Positions 52,488 to 63,476 of a DNA stretch of 64,000 bases are shown in pieces. The notes beneath the pieces were generated by a model. The model saw nothing but the letters and a program-made list of their open reading frames with translations. It searched no databases and was not told the origin of the DNA. Every line of letters starts with the position of its first letter. Positions within the stretch are counted from its first letter, which is position 1. Source of the DNA: an uncultured virus (IMG/VR IMGVR_UViG_3300044619_001509) (taxonomy: Duplodnaviria; Heunggongvirae; Uroviricota; Caudoviricetes); the IMG/VR virus record IMGVR_UViG_3300044619_001509; one strand, written 5' to 3'. The position numbers and the translations under genes were made by a program.

Positions 52488-53215
52488 AAGGTAAAAAAAG
52501 TCGTGAAATCACTTACCTCCACAGGAAATTCTTTTCCTGTTACTGGATTCTTGAATGTTGATTTATATACCATTTTTGGCATACTCTTAAAGAAAGAACA
52601 CAAATTTTCAAATTCTGCTTTTGGTAATTGGTTAATAAATTCAATAATGTCTTCTTGTTTTTCGTTTGCACAGTTAATTGTATTTTTTTCTGTGTAGACT
52701 TTATCAATTGTCATTGCTACGACATTGAACAAAATATCAATTTTATCCACATCACTTTTTACTTGTTTTGGACCTTTAACTTTTAGGAAATCCATAAATG
52801 ATGGATAACGAAATTGTACTGCCAAATTTTCGTTTAATTTTAGTTTTTGTGGTTTTCCTGTAAAGTTTTCAAGTATAATTTTTTCCAGATCCATTTCTGT
52901 TTGAAATGCCTGTTTGGTTTCTGGATCGGTTACTTGAATTTGAACTGCTTCACCAAGAGACTTACAACGAAGCAACACAAAAAGATGTTGAACATCATAA
53001 TATAACATCTTATCCAAATCTAAATTTTTTGGTTCGATCACACAATTTTTAATAATTGTTTTGATGCAATTATAGATTTGTTCTTCATCTTTTGATTCTT
53101 TTGCTAATAATAGCAACTTTTCTTCTTTCACGACGAAGGGGCGATATTTAACTTGTTTACCAGAATAAAGAGTTGCTGTATATTCTGGTAATGCGACGAT
53201 ATCTTTCAACGACAT
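52484..53215 (-). CDS. gp26: Baseplate hub subunit gp26
   Basis: VKYRPFVVKEEK.LL.A.ES, LR.KS.GE, FF..MP. Confidence 0.92.
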   Translation of the reverse strand: MSLKDIVALPEYTATLYSGKQVKYRPFVVKEEKLLLLAKESKDEEQIYNCIKTIIKNCVIEPKNLDLDKMLYYDVQHLFVLLRCKSLGEAVQIQVTDPETKQAFQTEMDLEKIILENFTGKPQKLKLNENLAVQFRYPSFMDFLKVKGPKQVKSDVDKIDILFNVVAMTIDKVYTEKNTINCANEKQEDIIEFINQLPKAEFENLCSFFKSMPKMVYKSTFKNPVTGKEFPVEVSDFTTFFTL

Positions 53216-53229
53216 AATAACTCCATAAT

Positions 53230-53775
53230 TTAATTTCTAACTGTTCTTGTTTCTGCCGAAAAGAACGAAAATCCGACTGTTTGTTTTATATTTTCGTTAT
53301 TTGATGCCCAATTGTATTGAATATCATTAATCACCGATGGAAAGCAATTTCTGAATACAAATTCTTGTACGGGATTGCCTTGCAGATCAAGAGGACGAAC
53401 GAGAATGGTTCCGACATATTCGTTGTAGTACGAAAACCCTCTTCCTGGTCTATGCACCAAACTTTGCCAGACTAACATTGCATTTCTTTCTCTATAATCT
53501 GAAGACAATTTAAAGGTTAAAGTTACAGTATTTCCGTAATTTAACTGATATGGCATAGGAATGACGGGTAAACCATTAATTTTTGCTTCAAATGTTAAAA
53601 GACTTTGACTTGGAATATCAACAGACTCACAGGTCAAAGAAAACTGTCGAAGAAGAGCGGCACTACTTAAAGAAACAGGACTACCTGGCGGTGGAATAAC
53701 CAAAACTTCAAACCTGTTTGGTTTGGCAATACCTGTTCCAAATAAATTTGAGTAAAATTGATTTAAGTTTGCCAT
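53230..53775 (-). CDS. Tail tube initiator (gp54/gp19-like)
   Basis: G.AKPNRF.V, CESV..P, FP..I..I.Y. Confidence 0.75.
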   Translation of the reverse strand: MANLNQFYSNLFGTGIAKPNRFEVLVIPPPGSPVSLSSAALLRQFSLTCESVDIPSQSLLTFEAKINGLPVIPMPYQLNYGNTVTLTFKLSSDYRERNAMLVWQSLVHRPGRGFSYYNEYVGTILVRPLDLQGNPVQEFVFRNCFPSVINDIQYNWASNNENIKQTVGFSFFSAETRTVRN

Positions 53776-54215
53776 TAGAGTTTGAGTGTCTTTTCTGTTA
53801 GGATTTTAAATTCCCAGTTTTGCTGTGCTGCAAATTTTTTTGCCGCTTCCCATTTTTTATTATTTATGTCCCATTGTTTCATTTCGGTGAGATATGTTTT
53901 GTTGCTTTTCTTACCTCTTTTGGGTTCCTTGCATTGTTTTTCTGGTTTGACTTCGATTAGATAAGTTTTGATGTTATTGTTCTTATCTCGTACTTTAATG
54001 ATAAAATCGGGATAGTAACGATGATAATCATTATCAACTGGTGAAATGTAGGGAATTGAAATTTCTTCGCTTGCCCACCGAATCACACTTGGATTGGTAT
54101 CGCAGAAAACCATGAATTTTCGTTCCCACAATGACCTATAAATAATGTTAGACACATCTCCTGCGTACTTGCTCGGATTCTCGGGATTGAATTTGCCTTT
54201 ATAGGATGCACCCAT
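53775..54215 (-). CDS. gp4: Head completion nuclease gp4
   Basis: YKGKF.P.NP.KY.GD, YRSLWE, W.SEE..IPY.SP, HRYYPDF, IEVKP. Confidence 0.95.
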   Translation of the reverse strand: MGASYKGKFNPENPSKYAGDVSNIIYRSLWERKFMVFCDTNPSVIRWASEEISIPYISPVDNDYHRYYPDFIIKVRDKNNNIKTYLIEVKPEKQCKEPKRGKKSNKTYLTEMKQWDINNKKWEAAKKFAAQQNWEFKILTEKTLKL

Positions 54216-54246
54216 ATAAATAAAAATACCTAACCTATTTATTCAC

Positions 54247-55863
54247 ATGCCAATACCTTTACCAGCTTTATCATCAAATACAACAAATCCTGTTGGTAGT
54301 TCTACTCCGTTTAAATGGGGCAGTACTCCACCCACCACTATTCCTATTCCTAGTGAGGAATTACTCGAATATTCCAATCTTTTAAATTCTTCTATACAAA
54401 ACGAAGAAGCAATTTCATCGACTATAAACATAAATGGTGAAGCGGATAAGATTATTCAAAAAAATAGCAAAGCATTGGGACTTACGGGTGGTGTAAATGG
54501 ATTTTATGATATTGATCTTGTCCAAACGGGTGCCTTTAAAGGTGATAATGTAGGATTTGATTCTTCTCGTTCAGATTTGAGCGTCAAGGAAAGAGACAGA
54601 GAACAAGAACCAGATGGATTTAGATTATATCTTATTGCTCCACCAAAACCCGCAGTAAGTGTTGCAACTGCTGCTTTGGGTAATGCTGCTGTTACTCTTG
54701 GTGATTATGCAGGAAATGCAGCAAATACGGCTGGTAATATTTTACAAAATGAATACGCAATGACGGCAGCGGCAGTTCCAGGCGCAACATTAGATGTTAT
54801 TGGTGTTACGCAAAATGCAGCTTTAAATAGCGCACAAGCAACACAAGAAGCTGGAAAATATATTCAAGAAGGTGGAGAAAAAGTAAAACAAATTGCAGCT
54901 TCTATTAAGAAATATATGGACGAAGCGGGAGCAAACTTTGATACAGATTTTAAGAATTATGTGTCAAAGGCTTATGATGAATATCCAGATGGAAGTGCAT
55001 TTTATTCTATTGTTTTACCAATGCCAAATGAATTGTTTGATCAGCACGCCCATGAAGTAGATCAATTGGTAATGGGATTGGCACCAAGATTGTTGTCGGG
55101 ATTGGGAACTGGTATTGATGTTGGTGGAAGATACGGCAAAGAAGCAAAATCAAGAAGAGCAACAGGATTAACTGTTACCGCATTTCAAAAACTAGCAGCA
55201 GCAACAGGAGGTATTGTTGCCGAAGCAGGAGCATATGCAAAGGACACGGCAAGAATCGGGCTTGGTGTTGGTTTAAATCCAAATGTCGAACAAGTATATT
55301 CAAATCCTTTGCCAAGAAAATTTCAATTTACATTTAATCTTCCGATTAAGTCGAGAAAAGAAGGAGACTTGGTTCGTGATTTTATTAATAGATTAAAACA
55401 ACATTCATATCCGTTTTCTGTGCTAGGAATTGGTGGGCAAAACAATGTTTACCTATATCCTGGCGAAGTATACTTTGAATTTTCTGGAAGATTCCGAAAT
55501 AACTTATATCGAAGTCTTCGTCCTTGTATTATTACTTCTATCAATATTGCATATAAAAATTCATCAGATCAATATCAACATTTTGAAGATGGTAGTACAA
55601 TCGAATATGTAATTTCTTTAGAATTAACAGAAACTCGTCTATTGGATAGAAATATTCTTGTTGATGATGCTGATAAGTATGCAAATGAAAGACTCACGAA
55701 TAGTCAATACCGAAACGATGTACGAGACAGAGATACATTGTTCAGACGAGAAATTCGTGAATTTGGAACAACAGGAAATCTTCCTACTGGTAATGCTTTA
55801 TTAGAAGCATTGAATCCAACTCTAGGAACCGCCCGTGGCGCAGGACAACAGAACGGACAATAA
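54247..55863 (+). CDS. gp48: Baseplate tail tube cap gp48
   Basis: I.LPMP, NP..E..Y..P..R.F.F.F, C.IT.I...Y, L.LTE; divergent from gp4. Confidence 0.75.
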   Translation: MPIPLPALSSNTTNPVGSSTPFKWGSTPPTTIPIPSEELLEYSNLLNSSIQNEEAISSTININGEADKIIQKNSKALGLTGGVNGFYDIDLVQTGAFKGDNVGFDSSRSDLSVKERDREQEPDGFRLYLIAPPKPAVSVATAALGNAAVTLGDYAGNAANTAGNILQNEYAMTAAAVPGATLDVIGVTQNAALNSAQATQEAGKYIQEGGEKVKQIAASIKKYMDEAGANFDTDFKNYVSKAYDEYPDGSAFYSIVLPMPNELFDQHAHEVDQLVMGLAPRLLSGLGTGIDVGGRYGKEAKSRRATGLTVTAFQKLAAATGGIVAEAGAYAKDTARIGLGVGLNPNVEQVYSNPLPRKFQFTFNLPIKSRKEGDLVRDFINRLKQHSYPFSVLGIGGQNNVYLYPGEVYFEFSGRFRNNLYRSLRPCIITSINIAYKNSSDQYQHFEDGSTIEYVISLELTETRLLDRNILVDDADKYANERLTNSQYRNDVRDRDTLFRREIREFGTTGNLPTGNALLEALNPTLGTARGAGQQNGQ

Positions 55864-56621
55864 TGTTAACATCATATCTACCAATTAATGTTACAATTTC
55901 GGATGGAACAATCATTCCATTTCGTGATATATTTGTTCAGCGAAACATTTTGAAAAATGTCTTCGTGGATCGGGACTATATTGTATCTTATGTTATTAAA
56001 TCTGGAGATACTCCAAGAAGTTTGGCATATTATCTCTACGGATCTGAAAGATATGAGTGGATAATTTACTGTTTGAACTCAATCGTAAATCCATACTACG
56101 ATTGGCCTCTTTCCGAAAATGATTTTTACAATTTTATAGATTCCAAGTATTTAAATAAAAAATGTTTGTTTTTAAATCTGAATAGTTTTCAAGCAAACTT
56201 TAAGGTCGGAGAAACAATAACGAGCGGTCAATCGTCTGCAATAGTAAATGAATGGAATCGTACTCTGTGTAAGTTAACTATTCAAAATGTAATTGGAACA
56301 TTCCAAACAGGAAACACAATAACAAGCAATAGTTCCACAGGAGTAATTGGTAGAATTGTAGACAGAGCAGAGGAAGCATTGCATCATTTTGAAACTCCAA
56401 ATGGATTTATTTTAGATCCTCTTGTTGGTTATTTACAATCGTATATTTCTTCAACAAATGAAGAGTATGCGATTACAAGCGCACAGTATGAAGAAAAAAT
56501 AAACGATCAGAAGCGTCAAATATATGTCTTGAAACCAGAGTACGCAAGAACAGCAGAAAATTTAATGGTAAGAACCATAAACAAGTTGGTTCAATTTGAT
56601 AATGAGAATATAGCTCTATGA
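55863..56621 (+). CDS. gp53: Baseplate wedge gp53
   Basis: Y.I..GDTP..LA..LYG....WII...N.I.NPYYDWP; N..KR.I..LKP.Y. Confidence 0.92.
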   Translation: MLTSYLPINVTISDGTIIPFRDIFVQRNILKNVFVDRDYIVSYVIKSGDTPRSLAYYLYGSERYEWIIYCLNSIVNPYYDWPLSENDFYNFIDSKYLNKKCLFLNLNSFQANFKVGETITSGQSSAIVNEWNRTLCKLTIQNVIGTFQTGNTITSNSSTGVIGRIVDRAEEALHHFETPNGFILDPLVGYLQSYISSTNEEYAITSAQYEEKINDQKRQIYVLKPEYARTAENLMVRTINKLVQFDNENIAL

Positions 56622-57988
56622 ATACACTTGATTGGATTGGTAGTATATTTTTAAGAACAGCGAACGGAGAATTGGATATCTCCGATAATGTTATTAAAAT
56701 AGAAATTACGGAAGATTTATTTTCTCCATATCCGTTGGGTTATCTTATCTTACAAGATACACCATCAAGCAATATTGTTTCTAGAATTAGTCAAGATGGT
56801 TTGATCGGTAAGGGTGAAGAAATTGCTTTGGCTTTTACCGCAAAGATCGGTGAATATTTTCAAGAATTGCAAGGATTTTTTATCTACAAAGTAGAACCCT
56901 TTGCACCAGATGAACCACAAGCAAGTCGTCAAAAGATCATATACAAACTTTATTTCTCTTCGCAGATTTTTTTTACAAATGAATTGATTCGTATCAATCG
57001 TTATTATGAAGATAAGTTATCAAATATTGTAAAAAGAATCGCTGAAAACCAATTACAAATAAAATTAGAAACTATTGAAGAAACTGCCTTAAAGCAATCG
57101 ATATTTTTTCCTGTATTGACACCACTTGAATGTATCAACATGTGCGCTTCTCGTAGCACATCTAAAGAAAATAATCATGATGCTAATTATGTCTTTTATG
57201 GTGATATTGATCACAAATATCATTATGTAACTCTTGGTAGATTAATGAAAACCAAACCAGTCATAGGAACATATGATTTTGATGGTATTACTGTTGCAAC
57301 TCCATTTGGTATGAATTACATGGGAAGTGGAAATATCGATAAAGGTCCAACAAAATATAATGCATTAAGATATCAGATAAAACCAATTTCTCCAATTCGA
57401 AACATGGTAAATGGTATGTTTTCTTCATCCTTATTGGAATTTGATGTAGTAAAAAGAAAATATAGAAGTTATCACTACGATTATTCTGCCGAATTTCCAA
57501 ATCAACGCCATCTTGTTGATAGTCCAATTGTAAGCAAAGGTGCAGATTTTATTAATTTATCTTATTTAAATCCTCATGCTTTTCCTTTATATTATTCGAC
57601 TTCTCAATGGCAGCATGATGAAAATGAACTTTCAGAATTATCAAATAACTCAGTAAACTCAGGAAGAGATTATATCCAAAAAAGAAGATCTCAAATGCTT
57701 CAAGTAAATCAAATGGGACTTGAAATAGAATTACCTGGCAATCCAATTCTCAAGATCGGACAGACTGTTTATTTTGGTAGATCTCAATTGGATTTTTCTG
57801 GTCAAAACTCAGAAACATGGCTAAGAAATCCTTATGTAACTGGAAAGTTTTTAATAACAAGAAAAACCACAATACTAGAAAACAGCAAATCAAACAATAC
57901 TCTTGGTTTCAATTTAAAAACAACATTCTCATTAAGAAAAGATTCTGATGTAGGAACACTAAGTATTGGGTCGGAGGATTCTGAATAA
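56618..57988 (+). CDS. Baseplate hub protein (gp27-like)
   Basis: I.I.EDLFSP...G, I.LPGN, GKFLIT; synteny between gp53 and gp5. Confidence 0.7.
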   Translation: MNTLDWIGSIFLRTANGELDISDNVIKIEITEDLFSPYPLGYLILQDTPSSNIVSRISQDGLIGKGEEIALAFTAKIGEYFQELQGFFIYKVEPFAPDEPQASRQKIIYKLYFSSQIFFTNELIRINRYYEDKLSNIVKRIAENQLQIKLETIEETALKQSIFFPVLTPLECINMCASRSTSKENNHDANYVFYGDIDHKYHYVTLGRLMKTKPVIGTYDFDGITVATPFGMNYMGSGNIDKGPTKYNALRYQIKPISPIRNMVNGMFSSSLLEFDVVKRKYRSYHYDYSAEFPNQRHLVDSPIVSKGADFINLSYLNPHAFPLYYSTSQWQHDENELSELSNNSVNSGRDYIQKRRSQMLQVNQMGLEIELPGNPILKIGQTVYFGRSQLDFSGQNSETWLRNPYVTGKFLITRKTTILENSKSNNTLGFNLKTTFSLRKDSDVGTLSIGSEDSE

Positions 57989-58884
57989 TGTATACTGGAA
58001 AAGACTCATTAGTATTTTGGTTTGGTGTGATAGAAGATCGCTTAGATCCGTTAGAAATTGGCAGATGTCGAGTTCGTATTCTTGGTTTTCATCCTCAATT
58101 AAAAAAAGATTTTCCAACCAATAAATTACCTTGGGCACAAATAATACAACCAAGTCATTCTGCCTCTTTGAGTGGTAAAGGTATCAGTCCAACAGGATTA
58201 GTAGAAGGATCGTGGGTTGTTGGATTTTTTGTCGATAATGGTTCTGCTCAAATTCCTATTATTATGGGAAGTATCTGTGGAATGAACGAAGAAACAAAAG
58301 AGGGAGATAATCCTGGCGATTGTTTTAGAGATCTAAGAGAAGAAAATGATCTTGCAATTTTTCCTGTAGATGAATTCGAGAAAAAAGAATATCCAAATGG
58401 TAAAGAATCTGACGGAGATGCTCATGGCGCTCAAATTAAGAATGTATCAAAATCTAAGAATTATCCAAGAGAATTGTATTCTCCCGAATCATCGGGACGC
58501 GAACGAGGAACGCCCGATCTAAATATTCTAGCAATTGGCGATCTGCAAAGAATAGATAAAACAATTGTAAAAACAAAACGCGATCCTGTTGGTTCTGGAC
58601 TTCGTGATATTGGTATTGATGTGGCAGATTGTGATACTCCAAGATTTAATTGTGGTGTGACAAATGAAAGTGGAGTGAATATTGGAACGATCAAAGGATT
58701 GGGAATTGGTGTCAATTCTCAAGAATCATCATCTGTTCCTTCACGAAAAACAAAATACAAGCAATTTAAAGATAAACCAACAAATAATAACGCAATTCAA
58801 ATCGATTCGTCAAAAACAATGAATCTGAAACCAACAATGGTTGATACCGCTGCAACTGTTGATACATCTATAGGATTAGCATAA
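57988..58884 (+). CDS. gp5: gp5 N-terminal OB-fold part
   Basis: WFGVIEDR.DP..IGRCRVR..G.H, LPWA, G.WVVGFF.D...Q.PIIMG. Confidence 0.92.
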   Translation: MYTGKDSLVFWFGVIEDRLDPLEIGRCRVRILGFHPQLKKDFPTNKLPWAQIIQPSHSASLSGKGISPTGLVEGSWVVGFFVDNGSAQIPIIMGSICGMNEETKEGDNPGDCFRDLREENDLAIFPVDEFEKKEYPNGKESDGDAHGAQIKNVSKSKNYPRELYSPESSGRERGTPDLNILAIGDLQRIDKTIVKTKRDPVGSGLRDIGIDVADCDTPRFNCGVTNESGVNIGTIKGLGIGVNSQESSSVPSRKTKYKQFKDKPTNNNAIQIDSSKTMNLKPTMVDTAATVDTSIGLA

Positions 58885-60899
58885 TGGCAGGAACACAAGC
58901 AAATACAGGACAATGGTTTGAACCAGAAACCCCTTATGCGACAATTAAGGGTGAACCAATCAAACCAAGAGACAATGCTTCAAAAAGCACGGTTTATCCT
59001 TTTAATAAAGTAACAGAAACAGAATCTGGGCACATTGTAGAATTTGATGATACTCCAGGCGCAGAAAGAATTCACATCTATCACCGATCTGGTTCATTTT
59101 TTGAGTTTCATCCAAACGGAGATAAAGTAGATAAAATTGTAAGAGATTATTATCTCTCTATTCTTCGTGATGCAAATGTTCACATTGATGGATTTACGAA
59201 TGTTACTATAGACAAGGGATTAAAAGTTTATATCAATCGTGACAATTTACCAAACTCTGAAAATTCTTCTGTTAATTTTGATATTCATGTTGGACAAAAT
59301 GCAAATGTCAATTTATTTTTAGAAAAGGGAAATTGCAATCTTAAGTTAAAGGATGGAGATGCAAATCTTCAGATTGATAAAGGTGATGTGAATATTCGTC
59401 AAGATGATGGTAATTATAATCATTTTGTAAATGGTGATTATAATGTCGAATGCACAGGTCATATGCATACTGTTGTTGGTGGTCATAAAGTAGATGAGAT
59501 TGGTGGTTCCAGAGATGTAAGAGTCGATGGTGAATTTGATAATCTTCAAGTTACAAATGGATACAAAGAAACTCAGGTTGCGGGGGATCATCGTCTTGAA
59601 GTGAAGGGTGGAGTTTATGATTTGTTTCATAAAACACATGAAACTAAAATATTGCTTGATCGAATTGTACAAATTGTAGGTGGTAGACAGCAAGCAATTA
59701 CAGGAGAAGATGTTTTATCTGTTGGTGGATCACAAGATAATACAATTACTGGTTCTCGTTCTATGACTATTGGAGGAGATCAAAATACATTAATTGGTGG
59801 TTCTACAAAACAAACTACAGGTGGTTCTCTTGATGTTTTGGTTGGTGGTTCTTCTCGTCATACCGCATCTAGTTACGATGTAAGCGGTGGAGCAGAAATT
59901 AAAATGAGTGCGGGAAGAATTCATTGGAACGGGCCGCAAGCAGCAAATGCATCGACATCTGGTACTGCTGCATTAGTTTCTAAAAATCCAATTTATGTTC
60001 CAGGCCCAGGCGCACAATGGGTTCCTTCACAACCAACACACCCAAGAAGTCCATTAGGACAACTTCAATTGGCGTCTGCTCAGTTGACACAACAACTCGG
60101 AACTGTATCTGCACTACAGCAAATCAATAACGAGAATGCAAACCAAATAGCACAATTGAATGCAAATAATTCGGAACTTTCTGGATTATTGGAAGAAGAT
60201 ACGGGATTTGGGCCAGCAGTAAAACAAAATGTAAGCGGATCCTTAACATTAGCACAAAATGCAACTTCGTCTTTAAGCAATGTAACCAATCAAGCAAGTG
60301 GAGTTGTTTCTTCTGCGGGAGGAATCACAAGCGGAGCAATTTCTTCAACTCAAGCAGCAACGACAGGATTAAATGGAAACATTCCAGGCTCAAATAGTGG
60401 TTCTGTGGGTGGTGGATTGTTTGGTGGTGCGACTTCAACTCTTCAATCTGGAAATCAAGATTTGGGTGCATTGGGTGATATTTTTACGGGTGTTGGTTCT
60501 GTTTTGGGGGATGTAATTGACGCCATTGTGGAAGTTGGGTGTGCAATTGGTGAACTAATTAATGGATTGATTGATGCAGTCGTCAAACCCGTACTTGAAA
60601 CAATAAACTCTGTTTTTGCTAAAATTTCAGAAATTCTTGGTGAAATCACGAATGCAATCGGACAAGTATTATCGAAAATTGGCGAAGTAATCAACGGAGT
60701 TCTTGGTGCAATAAATGAAATTATTGGCAAAATAATTGACGCCGCTGGACAATTTATTGGTGGAATTGCATCTGCAATCAATGGTTTATTATCAAACTTA
60801 TTCGAAGGTTTCAGCGATATTGGTTGCGGTGATGGTATTCTTTCTGGACAAGAACCACCATTGGGAACAGAGGCGATTGCGCCAGGAGTCATAACATGA
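58884..60899 (+). CDS. gp5: gp5 C-terminal beta-helix spike with long extension
   Basis: YPFNKV.ETESGH..EFDDTPG.ERI..YHRSG; V.G repeats. Confidence 0.88.
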   Translation: MAGTQANTGQWFEPETPYATIKGEPIKPRDNASKSTVYPFNKVTETESGHIVEFDDTPGAERIHIYHRSGSFFEFHPNGDKVDKIVRDYYLSILRDANVHIDGFTNVTIDKGLKVYINRDNLPNSENSSVNFDIHVGQNANVNLFLEKGNCNLKLKDGDANLQIDKGDVNIRQDDGNYNHFVNGDYNVECTGHMHTVVGGHKVDEIGGSRDVRVDGEFDNLQVTNGYKETQVAGDHRLEVKGGVYDLFHKTHETKILLDRIVQIVGGRQQAITGEDVLSVGGSQDNTITGSRSMTIGGDQNTLIGGSTKQTTGGSLDVLVGGSSRHTASSYDVSGGAEIKMSAGRIHWNGPQAANASTSGTAALVSKNPIYVPGPGAQWVPSQPTHPRSPLGQLQLASAQLTQQLGTVSALQQINNENANQIAQLNANNSELSGLLEEDTGFGPAVKQNVSGSLTLAQNATSSLSNVTNQASGVVSSAGGITSGAISSTQAATTGLNGNIPGSNSGSVGGGLFGGATSTLQSGNQDLGALGDIFTGVGSVLGDVIDAIVEVGCAIGELINGLIDAVVKPVLETINSVFAKISEILGEITNAIGQVLSKIGEVINGVLGAINEIIGKIIDAAGQFIGGIASAINGLLSNLFEGFSDIGCGDGILSGQEPPLGTEAIAPGVIT

Positions 60900-61174
60900 G
60901 AGTAATACGAAAAGGTATAGATTATTCATTAGGACATTGTTTTAATCCTCGTCCTGCTGTGGAAGGAAGTCCTGATGTATTTTGCAATAACATTTCGGTT
61001 GTTCGTGCGGGTGATTATTATCCTGTTCATAGTTGTGGAAGTAAATCACATGATGGGAGAGCGACAAGTGGTTCTAATGTTTTTGTAAACAACAAACCTG
61101 TACATCGTTCTGGAGATCAAATTACTTGTGGTGACACGGCTTTCAACGGTTCTTCTGATGTTTTTGTAAATTAA
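60896..61174 (+). CDS. PAAR spike tip protein (gp5.4-like)
   Basis: GH..GSPDVF.N...R.GD..H.C...H...CG....GS.DVFVN. Confidence 0.92.
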   Translation: MRVIRKGIDYSLGHCFNPRPAVEGSPDVFCNNISVVRAGDYYPVHSCGSKSHDGRATSGSNVFVNNKPVHRSGDQITCGDTAFNGSSDVFVN

Positions 61175-61189
61175 GTATAAATAACAAAT

Positions 61190-61582
61190 ATGGCAAAAGA
61201 AAAAATTTACAAGGATATAGACTTAAATTTTGAACCAAATCCTTTAAGTGGGGATGTGGATAGTCTTATTGGCGTAAATGCCATTAAACAATCCTTAAAG
61301 AATATTGTTCTTTATAATATTTTTGAAAAACCATATTCATCGGAATTTGATGTAGGATTGCGTAATTTGCTATTTGAAAATAAAGGACACGGTTTTCAAA
61401 ACTTCCTGAGAAAACGAGTAAGAATTCTCATTGAAGCATATGAACCTAGAGTAATTTTAAATGATGTTTTGGTGAAGTTTATATCAGAACGAAATAGTAT
61501 GCAGATATCTGTGTTTTATACAGTCAAAGAAACCCAAACCCCAGAATCATTAGAATTCTTTTTAGGTAAGTACAATGGATAA
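61190..61582 (+). CDS. gp25: Baseplate wedge gp25
   Basis: YKDIDL.F..NP...D, AIKQSL.NIV, LLFE, YEPRV. Confidence 0.92.
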   Translation: MAKEKIYKDIDLNFEPNPLSGDVDSLIGVNAIKQSLKNIVLYNIFEKPYSSEFDVGLRNLLFENKGHGFQNFLRKRVRILIEAYEPRVILNDVLVKFISERNSMQISVFYTVKETQTPESLEFFLGKYNG

Positions 61583-63476
61583 TAATAATTTCTTGAACAA
61601 CGCTGGTTTGAATTTTTATGATATTAAGTATAATTTTATTAATTATTTAAAATCAAAACCAGAATTTACCGACTACGATTTTCAAGGCTCAAATCTGAGC
61701 GTCTTGTTGGATATCTTATCATATAACACCTCTCAACAAGGTTTTTATAATGCAATGGTTGCAAATGAAATGTTTATCGAAAGAGCAACCAAGAGATCCT
61801 CAATTGTATCTTTGGCAAAAACAATGGGATATACGCCAAATACAAAGAAAGCATCAAGAGCAAAGATTTTTCTTACCGTTGGTGCAGCAGATGTTCCTGC
61901 ATCACGAATATTAGAAAAAGGTTCTTTATTTACAGGAACAATAGAAAATCAAGAGTATACATTTACAAATATAGAATCTTTTGCATTTTATCCTTATACC
62001 TTTGATGCCAATACAGATCCTGCTAATTCTGAAAATGGACAAATTTTGAGTTATGCTTGTGGGCCATTTGAAATAAAACAAGGTGTTCTAAACACGATTA
62101 GTTATAATGTTCAAGAATCAAATCAGGAATTTTTGGTTACAGACAAGAATACGGATAAAGATTCCATTCGTGTCTTTGTATTAAATTCCATCACCGATAC
62201 AACAGGATTGAATATTCCTTGGACAGTTTCTACAGATATCACTTTATTGGATGAAAATACCAGAGCATTTTTTCTAGAAGAAAATAGTTATGGACAATTG
62301 GTTTTGACATTTGGTGATGGAGTTCTTGGTAAAAAATTAGAAATTGGAAATGTTGTTATTATTGAATATTTAAGTACATTTGGTTCTGTTGCAAACGGTA
62401 TAGGAAGAAGTGATACCGCAACAAAAAGATCTTTTACATTTGATTCAGATAATATCTTTACCGTGTTTACAATCGAACCATCCAATTCGGGTGCGGATCG
62501 TGAAACATCTGGTTCCATTAAGAGAAATGCTGTTAGAAATTTGACATCAAAGGGAAGAGCAGTAACGATAAAGGACTACGAAGGATTGGTGATTGGTTCT
62601 TTCAATGATGGTGCTGCTGTTCGTTGTTGGGGCGGAGAAGAAAACGATCCGCCATATTATGGTAAGGTATTCATGTCTGTTCGTCCTGTTGGACAGACCA
62701 TTTTGACATCAGAAGATAAAACAAATCTTGTCAACAATATTTTAAAGGAAAAAAATATTGTCGGAATGGATGTGGTAATTGTTGATCCAGAGGTATTGTA
62801 TATTAATCCTGTGGTTGAGATTTTCTACGAAAAAGCATTGACAAAAGATTCCGAATCAACTTTGATGAACAGAATTAAAAATTCATTGGTTGTTTATTTT
62901 AGACGCAACTTAGTGGAATTTGGCGACTCCATATTTTCCACGGATGTCGAGAATGATATTATGGGTATTACACCAGCATTCAAGAGTGTTGATGTTAATA
63001 TGACTATCGAAAGAAGAATTGTTCCGACACTGGGAGTTTCGGAAAGAACAACAATAGATTTTCAAAATGAATTGTACCACCCCTATGATGGTTATCAATC
63101 AATTATCAAGACAAACAAGTTTCAAATTTCTCAAAACTCAGATTACCATTACATCGAAGACGATGGAAATGGAAAATTGCTATTAAAAAAAATCAAGAAC
63201 GGTGTGGTTTCTACTGTAAATAGTAATTATGGAACAATTGATTATACCACAGGCAAATTAATTATAACCGCATTAAAAGTATATACAATTGAAAACAACT
63301 CAAGTTATGTTTATATTAGAGCAGAACCAAAGACAAATAATATATTTACAAAAAGAAATTCTGTTTTGAGTTATGATTTCTTAACAGACTCGGCTCTACA
63401 AATCAACTTAAATCAAGTAAAAACTCAACAAGTAATCGGTGGTTCTGGAACAGTAATTACAAGGCCTAACTTCTAA
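61575..63476 (+). CDS. gp6: Baseplate wedge gp6
   Basis: F.DYDF.GSNLS.LLDIL.YNT, FGDG.LG, RAVT..DY, WGGEEN.PP.YGKV. Confidence 0.95.
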   Translation: MDNNNFLNNAGLNFYDIKYNFINYLKSKPEFTDYDFQGSNLSVLLDILSYNTSQQGFYNAMVANEMFIERATKRSSIVSLAKTMGYTPNTKKASRAKIFLTVGAADVPASRILEKGSLFTGTIENQEYTFTNIESFAFYPYTFDANTDPANSENGQILSYACGPFEIKQGVLNTISYNVQESNQEFLVTDKNTDKDSIRVFVLNSITDTTGLNIPWTVSTDITLLDENTRAFFLEENSYGQLVLTFGDGVLGKKLEIGNVVIIEYLSTFGSVANGIGRSDTATKRSFTFDSDNIFTVFTIEPSNSGADRETSGSIKRNAVRNLTSKGRAVTIKDYEGLVIGSFNDGAAVRCWGGEENDPPYYGKVFMSVRPVGQTILTSEDKTNLVNNILKEKNIVGMDVVIVDPEVLYINPVVEIFYEKALTKDSESTLMNRIKNSLVVYFRRNLVEFGDSIFSTDVENDIMGITPAFKSVDVNMTIERRIVPTLGVSERTTIDFQNELYHPYDGYQSIIKTNKFQISQNSDYHYIEDDGNGKLLLKKIKNGVVSTVNSNYGTIDYTTGKLIITALKVYTIENNSSYVYIRAEPKTNNIFTKRNSVLSYDFLTDSALQINLNQVKTQQVIGGSGTVITRPNF

